From NCBI GenBank assembly GCA_026936335.1, contig JAPMXV010000060.1:124001-188000 (forward strand): a stretch of DNA of 64,000 nt. Direction: 5' to 3'. Both the position numbers and the translations under genes were made by a program. Below, piece by piece: positions 57,111 through 64,000 of the stretch (its first letter is position 1; every line of letters starts with the position of its first letter). The stretch comes from Mantamonas sphyraenae STR306 (taxonomy: Eukaryota; Protista; CRuMs). The notes under the pieces are model-generated. The model was not told the origin of the DNA, made no database searches, and saw nothing but the letters and a program-made list of their open reading frames with translations.

Positions 57111-60100
57111 ATGTCTCGTAGGTCGTTCCACAAACCATCCCCACCCCGTGGGGAGTCGGAGGATCAGACGGCCGCGTTGCAGGCGTCGCGCAAACCCCCT
57201 GCTGTGGGTGAACCTCCCCGACGTGCAAGTGCCGCCTACAACGCTTATGTCGATGGAATCCCCATCAATGACCACCCAGAATACGGTCCATTGTGGCAGA
57301 GGTTCACCAATGGCTTGATTGTCGACCAACGTGTGCCTCCGGGACTCCGTGACGTGCCTCTGGGCATGGAGGATAGTCTCAATCATGAAATCGCACGCAG
57401 ACTGCGCCAGGAACAGCTCATGGGTGCCAACACACACATGATGAGCACTGAGTATTCACCATACGGCTACGGACGCATCAGATCGGCCCTGAACATGCTC
57501 TACAGCATGGACGACGAAGGCGGAAACTCTGCTGCGCGAGGCAATCGCTACAACCCATACGGAGTCGGTGGAAACGGCAGTGGAAGCGGCACAGGTGCAG
57601 GCGGAGCAGGGGGCACATCGTATGTGTCCAATGCAGGTGCAGGGTACACCAATGAGTATCTGGTGGCATACAACGACCGGGCAGACAAAACATCGCAGGA
57701 TCTCATGGACAACGTGGGCCACCCCGACGTGTTGGACAAGCTGCTGACCATTGGACAGCCCAAGCGACTGCGCATCACACTGCATCCGTACCAGGAGAGT
57801 GCTGTCACATGGATGAGCATGTGTGAGCTGGAACGGGGCTCCGTGTACTTTACCGTGCCCGCACACCAACGCAAATCGGCATCTACATCCTCATCCTCAT
57901 CCTCATCCTCATCCTCGTCCAGCAGCAGCAGCAGCAGCTCCCCCTCCTCCTCCTCTTCTGGATCCACGCTGGACCAGGGGTTTGGCATCAAGAAAAACTC
58001 GCTGCGAGGAGGGGTGCTTGCAGACGAGATGGGACTGGGCAAAACGGTGATGATGTTGGCTCTGATTCTGGCGGATTTGGAGGATCTACAGGCGACACCC
58101 AGCCCAGAGGTGCGCAAACTGGCCAGCAAACCATTGGCAGCAGCGCAGAAGCGCAAGGCGGAAGAGCGAAGGCGCAGGCGTGCGTTGGACAGTAGTGAGG
58201 TGGAGGATGATGACGGGGAGACCAGCAATGGGGAGGAAGAGGAGGAAGAGGAGGAGGAGGAGGACACGCGCGTGTTTACCAACGATTTGATGGGGGAGAA
58301 GAAGAAGAAGAAGCAGCAGCAGGACGAGATGGAGGTGGAGGAGGAGGACAAGTCAAACGCGGCTCTGTTTGAGGGCAAGAACATGGTGATTACAGGGACG
58401 ATGGAACGGTCGGAACGGAATCTGTTTGAGTGGAACGGAGGCAAGGTGATCAGCATCGACGAGGTGGGTGAGAAACCCGTGCACATGGTGTATCAGGGCC
58501 AGCATCACAACCCGTCGATTCTGCGACGAGCAGAGCGCAACGGAGCAGAGGTGATCAACATGTATCTGTTGAAGCAAAAGGTACAGCAAGGGAAGGGAAT
58601 CACGAGCCAGTTGGAGTATGACCAGGCACACCCTGTGGAGTTGGTGCCACGGGCAGACGTGAAACGCAAGAAGAAGGCCAAGGTGTACAGCAAACCACTC
58701 AAGGACAAGGTGGTGGCCAGCACAGGGACGATGAACACCAGCTGGGAGTTTCTGGTGCGTGTGGTGGAGTCCAATGGTGGGATGGTCAGCAAAAAGGTGC
58801 GGCAGGACTGTGACATCCTCGTGCGCGGTCGCCTGAGTGACCCATTGAAGAAGGGTGCACGTGACAAGTTGCACAACGCACGCAAGTACCACGTCAAGCA
58901 GATGAGCGAACAGGAGTTTTACAGCTGGATCCAGCAGCACGGAGGCTATGCACCTGTGACCAGCAGGCAAGAGAGCAACTTGAGTGTATTTGACGACGAA
59001 GAGGACCTTGAGGCAGAGGCAGTGGTGGTGACGGGCCAGAAGCAGACCCAGAGCAGTGCTGGTGCTGCTGCGGGTGGTGGTGGAGGCACAGCCGACACAA
59101 AGACACCCTCACAATCGTCGTTCATGAACATGGTGGAATCGGCAAACCCGTTTGTGGAACGCAGCGCAGAGGATGGACCAAACGGAGGCACGCTGATTGT
59201 GGCGCCTGTGTCGACGCTGTCGCAATGGCACTCGGAGCTGACGAGCAAGAGCTCAGGACTGCGAGTGTTGATGTACCACGGAAACAAGCGATCGAAGGAT
59301 GCACACATGCTGACACGCGTGGACGTGGTGTTGACGTCGTACGGCACCCTTGTGCAGGAGTTTCCCAAGAAACTGCTGAGTGTGAGTGCAGAGAAGCAGA
59401 TGCTGGAATGGCTGCACTCTGGGTACGACTGGAAGCGACACGTGGGACCCATCCCACGCATGCGATGGAAGCGCATGGTGCTGGACGAGGCACACACAAT
59501 CAAGGACTACAAAACACAGACGGCCATTGCGTGCTACAACGTGGAGGCGTCCGTGCGCTGGTGTCTCACCGGCACTCCCATGCAGAACAAGCTGGAAGAC
59601 CTGCACAGCCTGCTCAAGTTCCTGCGCATCCGACAGTACAAGGACACACAGTGGTGGAAGAATCAACTGGGCGGGTACATCAACCCACAGGCGATGCACA
59701 ACCTCAAACGCTTCCTGCAAACGATTGTGTTGCGACGCACCAAGCTGACACGCGACGAAAACGGAGTGCCCATCATCTGTCTTCCCGACCGCGTGGAACA
59801 CACCATCTACTGTCCCATGTCGCCTCACGAGACGGCGTTCTATCGTGCCTTGCAGAACGCCACACGACGTGTGTACGACAGCAACGGCGACACCCTGCGC
59901 TTCACAGACATGCTTGCTCTGCTCATGCGTCTGCGCCAGGGTGCCTGTCATCCGTACCTGGTGCTCAAGACACCCGAAATGCGCACCAAGTTCCTGGACG
60001 GCGGGCGCGATCTCAAGCGCAGTCGCGAGTTGTTGGAGGAGCAGGCAGATGCACACCACATGCACCTGGACGAACAAATGGCAGCACGCAAAAGACAGCG

Positions 60101-61325
60101 GGTGCAACAGCACGACAACGATGGTGGTGGTGGTGGTGGTGGTGTCAATGCGAGTGATGGAACAGAGGTGGCAAAGAAGAAAGAGGAGGAGGTGGTGATT
60201 GTTCTCAGCGATGAGGATGAGGATGATGATGACGACGAGGTGGTGATGTTGGAGCGCGTGTTGCCCGACGGGCGGGTGGAACATGCGCAGCACCATCATT
60301 CGAAGAAGGAGGAGCAGCGAATGGCGGTGGAGGATGAGGTCAAGGCGGAACAGAAGCGGTTGGAGGTGGCAGCGGTGGAACAGTTTACGTCGTTGGTGGA
60401 CGAGGTGTTCACGTCGTCCAAGTCGTCGAGCATGTTGGGCACGTGTGATCTGTGCGGTGACGACCTGCTGCGTGAGGGAGCGTACATGGAGACGTCGTGC
60501 AACCATGCGCTGTGCATGAATTGCCTGAGCACGTCCACCATGCCCAACGACCTCATCAGGGCCATCCAAAAGGCCGTGTATCAGAAAAAGAGCAGGGTGG
60601 CACTGCCGTTTAGCGAGCCCTGCATTGCCCTCAGCTGCAAGGGCGAGCTGAACCAGGGCAACGTGCGCATGGTGTTGTCCTCGCGAGAGAACACCACCTC
60701 GTCATCAACATCGTCGTCGTCGTCGTCGTCGTCTTCGTCTCGCTCAAGGGTGGGCCAACGCATGGAGGATGAACACCTGTTGGCATCGACCAAGGTTGCT
60801 CGCATGTTGCAGGAGCTGCATCGCATTGAGCGTGAGACCCCCGGAGCCAAATCGGTGGTGTTCAGCCAGTGGACGAGTATGCTGGACATTTGCCAACAGT
60901 TTCTGGAGATCAGTGGGATTGAGGTGCGTCGTTTGGACGGTAGCATGTCACGGGCGGCGCGGGAAGAGAACGTGCATGAGTTTGAGACGCGTTCGGAGGT
61001 GCGTGTGTTTCTGATTTCCCTCAAGGCCGGTGGCACGGGTCTCAACCTGACTGCAGCCACCAATGTGTTCCTGATGGACCCATGGTGGAACCCAGCCACA
61101 GAGGAGCAGGCCATCAATCGCATCCATCGCATTGGGCAACGACGTTCCATTCACATCCATCGCTTCCTCATCTCCGCCACCGTGGAGGAGATGGTGGTGG
61201 GCATCCAAGAGAAGAAGGCTGCCGCTGCAGACGCACTGTCCAACACCAATGCCACCAAGGAGGACATTGTCCACCTGTTCCGTCAGCTCAACTCGGTCAG
61301 TCTCACCGACCACGTGAATGAATGA
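57111..61325 (+). CDS. RAD5/RAD16/HLTF-type SNF2 helicase-RING protein with two BRCT domains
   Basis: LHPYQESAVTWM, GGVLADEMGLGKT, TLIVAPVSTLSQW, RMVLDEAH, RWCLTGTPMQN, LMRLRQGACHP, RING (CDLC..SCNHALCMNC..C), VVFSQW, SLKAGGTGLNLT and QAINRIHRIGQ. The likely start is ATG 57111; the ORF further upstream overlaps the antisense gene. Confidence 0.93.
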   Translation: MSRRSFHKPSPPRGESEDQTAALQASRKPPAVGEPPRRASAAYNAYVDGIPINDHPEYGPLWQRFTNGLIVDQRVPPGLRDVPLGMEDSLNHEIARRLRQEQLMGANTHMMSTEYSPYGYGRIRSALNMLYSMDDEGGNSAARGNRYNPYGVGGNGSGSGTGAGGAGGTSYVSNAGAGYTNEYLVAYNDRADKTSQDLMDNVGHPDVLDKLLTIGQPKRLRITLHPYQESAVTWMSMCELERGSVYFTVPAHQRKSASTSSSSSSSSSSSSSSSSSSPSSSSSGSTLDQGFGIKKNSLRGGVLADEMGLGKTVMMLALILADLEDLQATPSPEVRKLASKPLAAAQKRKAEERRRRRALDSSEVEDDDGETSNGEEEEEEEEEEDTRVFTNDLMGEKKKKKQQQDEMEVEEEDKSNAALFEGKNMVITGTMERSERNLFEWNGGKVISIDEVGEKPVHMVYQGQHHNPSILRRAERNGAEVINMYLLKQKVQQGKGITSQLEYDQAHPVELVPRADVKRKKKAKVYSKPLKDKVVASTGTMNTSWEFLVRVVESNGGMVSKKVRQDCDILVRGRLSDPLKKGARDKLHNARKYHVKQMSEQEFYSWIQQHGGYAPVTSRQESNLSVFDDEEDLEAEAVVVTGQKQTQSSAGAAAGGGGGTADTKTPSQSSFMNMVESANPFVERSAEDGPNGGTLIVAPVSTLSQWHSELTSKSSGLRVLMYHGNKRSKDAHMLTRVDVVLTSYGTLVQEFPKKLLSVSAEKQMLEWLHSGYDWKRHVGPIPRMRWKRMVLDEAHTIKDYKTQTAIACYNVEASVRWCLTGTPMQNKLEDLHSLLKFLRIRQYKDTQWWKNQLGGYINPQAMHNLKRFLQTIVLRRTKLTRDENGVPIICLPDRVEHTIYCPMSPHETAFYRALQNATRRVYDSNGDTLRFTDMLALLMRLRQGACHPYLVLKTPEMRTKFLDGGRDLKRSRELLEEQADAHHMHLDEQMAARKRQRVQQHDNDGGGGGGGVNASDGTEVAKKKEEEVVIVLSDEDEDDDDDEVVMLERVLPDGRVEHAQHHHSKKEEQRMAVEDEVKAEQKRLEVAAVEQFTSLVDEVFTSSKSSSMLGTCDLCGDDLLREGAYMETSCNHALCMNCLSTSTMPNDLIRAIQKAVYQKKSRVALPFSEPCIALSCKGELNQGNVRMVLSSRENTTSSSTSSSSSSSSSSRSRVGQRMEDEHLLASTKVARMLQELHRIERETPGAKSVVFSQWTSMLDICQQFLEISGIEVRRLDGSMSRAAREENVHEFETRSEVRVFLISLKAGGTGLNLTAATNVFLMDPWWNPATEEQAINRIHRIGQRRSIHIHRFLISATVEEMVVGIQEKKAAAADALSNTNATKEDIVHLFRQLNSVSLTDHVNE

Positions 61326-61343
61326 TCCCCACATTCTGCCATT

Positions 61344-62201
61344 CTACTTCAGCTTGCTCTTGATCCCTTCAAACCGTTGCCACACACGAGACTGCTCATT
61401 GAGATTGTGGTTGTCACGCAGACGTTGCAACAGAGCATACGCCGCCTGGCAGAAAGCCCTTCCCTCTGCCACCCGCCCATCTGCAGTGCATTCCTCCGAT
61501 CGATCCAACAGCTCACCCAATGCCTCCTGCACATCTGCCTGGAGCAATGCCAACCGTGTGCGTGTGCGTTCCTCCTTGCTACGCAGCAGGGTGAGTTCCT
61601 CCTCTGCGCTGTGGCTGCTCTCCACCTCGTGGCCTTCGTCCAAAGAGCCACGGATGCGAACGGCCGCATTGATGAGATCGACACCCCACATGAACTCCTC
61701 GAGTTGGATGATGCCATCATGGTCCCTGTCGATGGCCTCCACAAACACCACCAGGTCCTTCTCCTCCAAACCCAGGTTCAGACTCTTCAACGCCTCCACC
61801 AGCTCCTGTGGTTGCAATCCGCCGTCTTCAAAGATCTCCTCCACGTGTTTGTGTCCCAAGTCACTGTTGGCCACCTGGTTGAGTGAGTTGGCTCGTGCTC
61901 GGTTCTGTGTGCCCCCCTCCAGCGTTTGCAACAACTGCATCAGTTGCAGGAAGCGACGGTAGGACACCCACTGTGTGGATTGGGGCACCACAGCGTTCAG
62001 AATCAGGTCCATGGTGGCATCGGGCAGTTTCAAGCGCAAGTCGTGTTGCAGCAGGTCCTTCACTTCGTCCTTGCTCAGATCGCGGCCGGCAAACAAGTCC
62101 CCAAGCTCAGCCAGGACCTCTTTGTCCAGACCAGACACAAACACGGCAAGGGTTCGATCCTTGGCCAACTGTTTCCACCGAGAGGACGACGATGATGACA
62201 T
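61344..62201 (-). CDS. EF-hand calcium-binding protein with C-terminal helical region
   Basis: Canonical loop DRDHDGIIQLEEF plus degenerate EF-hands (GLQPQELVEALKSL, VSYRRFLQLM). ATG at 62201. Confidence 0.75.
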   Translation of the reverse strand: MSSSSSSRWKQLAKDRTLAVFVSGLDKEVLAELGDLFAGRDLSKDEVKDLLQHDLRLKLPDATMDLILNAVVPQSTQWVSYRRFLQLMQLLQTLEGGTQNRARANSLNQVANSDLGHKHVEEIFEDGGLQPQELVEALKSLNLGLEEKDLVVFVEAIDRDHDGIIQLEEFMWGVDLINAAVRIRGSLDEGHEVESSHSAEEELTLLRSKEERTRTRLALLQADVQEALGELLDRSEECTADGRVAEGRAFCQAAYALLQRLRDNHNLNEQSRVWQRFEGIKSKLK

Positions 62202-62267
62202 TGGTGGAAGGGGGGGGGGGGTTGGATGGGAGTGCGCTCGGGCCTGCACAGCACAAAGGTCTCTTTC

Positions 62268-63216
62268 ATGGTCAGCACCCGGCGACGATCATCACGCACG
62301 CGCAAGCAGCAACAAGAGGCAGCTGCGTCGGCTGTGGCCAAGGTGGATGGGGAGGTGGAAGAGCAGGAAGAGGAGCAGGAGGAGACAACAACGACGACGA
62401 CAACAACGACGACGAGGACGACGACGCGGACCTCGACCACGAAGCGCAAGCAGCCTCCGCAGAGACGACGGGAGCCATCCAGCGATGATTCAGACTCGGA
62501 TTCAGACTCGGACGACGACGCACCCGTGGAAGAGTCGTTTGTGAGTGCCAAGCAAAAGTCAGAAGAGGCCAAGCAGGCTCAGGCCGAGGAATTGCAAAGG
62601 TGGGTGCACATGTTCCGCACGCAGGGGCCATGGTCACATGACGGAGACATCTATGGCGCATAGATGGGACACACAGAGTCACTGACACATCATTCTGCCT
62701 GTTTGCCATGCCCTGCATGCTTCACACAGGGTCAAGGAGGCAAAGAAGGCCAAGCAGGCCCAGGCCAAGGCTCGCGCGGCCAAGCGGGCCGAAGAGGCGG
62801 CACAGAGCAAAAAGAGGAAGCGCAAGGAGCAGACGGCCGAGAAACAGCCACCAGCCACACAGTATCTGAGTGCAGACGTGCTCGAGGGTCTGGGCGAAGA
62901 AGAGGCGCAAGCCGAAGAGGAGGAGGAAGAGATGTTGGAGGAGACACTGGCGCGCGAGGGCAAGCGCCAGCGTGTGTTGGCCAGTCGCAAGGACAAGACA
63001 GCAAAGCGACGCAAGGCACAGAGCCAGGGTTTCGATGTTGCTGTGCTGGGCGGGTCGTCGGAAACGGCACGCGCCATGAACTACGTCGGCGGCAAGATTG
63101 TCAACTTTAAGAAGAAGCGACTGCGGGGTACGGTCAAGCGCAAGTCGCTCAACAAGCAACTCGGCAGCCGTGTGGTGCGTGGTGGACCGGCCATCGAGTT
63201 TGTGCGCAGGAGGTAA
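62268..63216 (+). CDS. Probable NOL7/Bud21(Utp16)-like U3-associated nucleolar protein, join(62268..62599,62730..63216), ~272 aa
   Basis: SDDDAPVEESFVSAK, a charged helix, then KKRKRK...YLSADVLE resembles the NOL7/Bud21 layout. Intron GTGGGT..CTGAC..CAG joins two track ORFs in frame. Confidence 0.6.
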
Positions 63217-63292
63217 AGTGGAAATGGACGCAACTATTTTGATTCACACGAAAATATATGCATACGACAAAATACTCTGATTTCATTTTGAA

Positions 63293-63531
63293 TCAAAAAT
63301 TTTGTGGTGGCGGGGGTGGTGGCGGCGGCTGCGGTTGGCCTCCGCCGTACATGTGCTGCTGCTGCGGAGGGGGCGGAGGAGGAGGGGGTTGCGGCTGTCC
63401 ATGATTGGCCCAACCCATGGCCATGCCGTATCCGGTCATGTTGAACTGCGGCGGAGGAGGTTGGCCCCACTGCTGCTGCGGTACGCCCCATTGCGGCGGC
63501 GGCGGCGGAGGCTGTTGGAAAGACTGTTGTG

Positions 63532-63565
<34 letters not shown>

Positions 63566-64000
63566 GGGGGGTGGGGGAGGGGCAAGCTGCTGCAGGTCAT
63601 TGCCACTGCTGCTTGAGCTGCTGCTGCTGCTGCTGCTCTGCAACAACTGTTGCGCCTTTTGATCCTGCTCCACAAGCTCGAGGATGGCAGCTTCGGCGTC
63701 CTTGATCTGTGCAGTGGTGCCCTCAATCACAATCTCCCGCTGTGCGTCTGCGTTGTGGTTGACCCCTGTGCCATATTCCCGACGCACATCCACGTGTGCA
63801 CCTGTGCGTTCCTCAATCTCCCTCACAGTTGAGCCTCCACGTCCAATGACCATGGGCACCGAGATCTGAGGCACGTAGATGGTCTTTGTCATCTTGTTTG
63901 GGGTCATGAACGAGGCCATGGTGATGGCGCCGCTGACGTCGACACCGTTTGCCCCCGTTGCCGAGCGTGACCCCGAGGCGTCCCTCATGCGTGAACCCCT
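63293..64000 (-). CDS. KH-domain RNA-binding protein with P/Q-rich tail, 5' part probably outside the window
   Basis: KH motif IYVPQISVPMVIGRGGSTVREIEERTGAHVDV...IVIEGTTAQIKDAEAAI. Confidence 0.88.

Overview
This window is GC-rich nuclear DNA from a very gene-dense microbial eukaryote. It has spliceosomal GT-AG introns and CA/GT microsatellites, and a TEX47/DYBLUP-type ciliary gene suggests a flagellated stage; the lineage cannot be fixed from this window. I can support 20 protein-coding genes and reconstructed 18 introns (87-238 nt, several clustered at gene 5' ends) by eye. I found no tRNA, rRNA, CRISPR array or mobile element. Genes mostly alternate strand, with only 40-170 bp between divergent start codons and 18-101 bp between convergent stop codons. 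Housekeeping genes include SNRNP27, NOP10 (spliced, missed by the ORF track), an inositol 5-phosphatase, DNAJB12/14, a CDC123-like ATP-grasp, TFIIIC subunit 5, a TPP1/sedolisin, SEC12, an F-box/SPRY protein, a RAD5-like SNF2 helicase, an EF-hand protein, a NOL7/Bud21-like protein and a KH protein. The main oddity is a head-to-head pair separated by 54 bp. One gene encodes a ~2015-aa fusion of a Vps39/TGFBRAP1-like CNH+clathrin-repeat region with an alsin-like RCC1-DH-PH-MORN region. The other encodes a ~8170-aa coiled-coil giant with a 30-aa tandem array and four copies of an unrecognised C-x2-C-x12/13-C-x2-H motif. Also notable are a NOP10 that keeps an archaeal-style Cys zinc ribbon, an apparently catalytically dead sirtuin, and a SNF2 helicase with two BRCT domains inside its ATPase lobe. 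All family assignments come from motif recognition by eye, not database searches.
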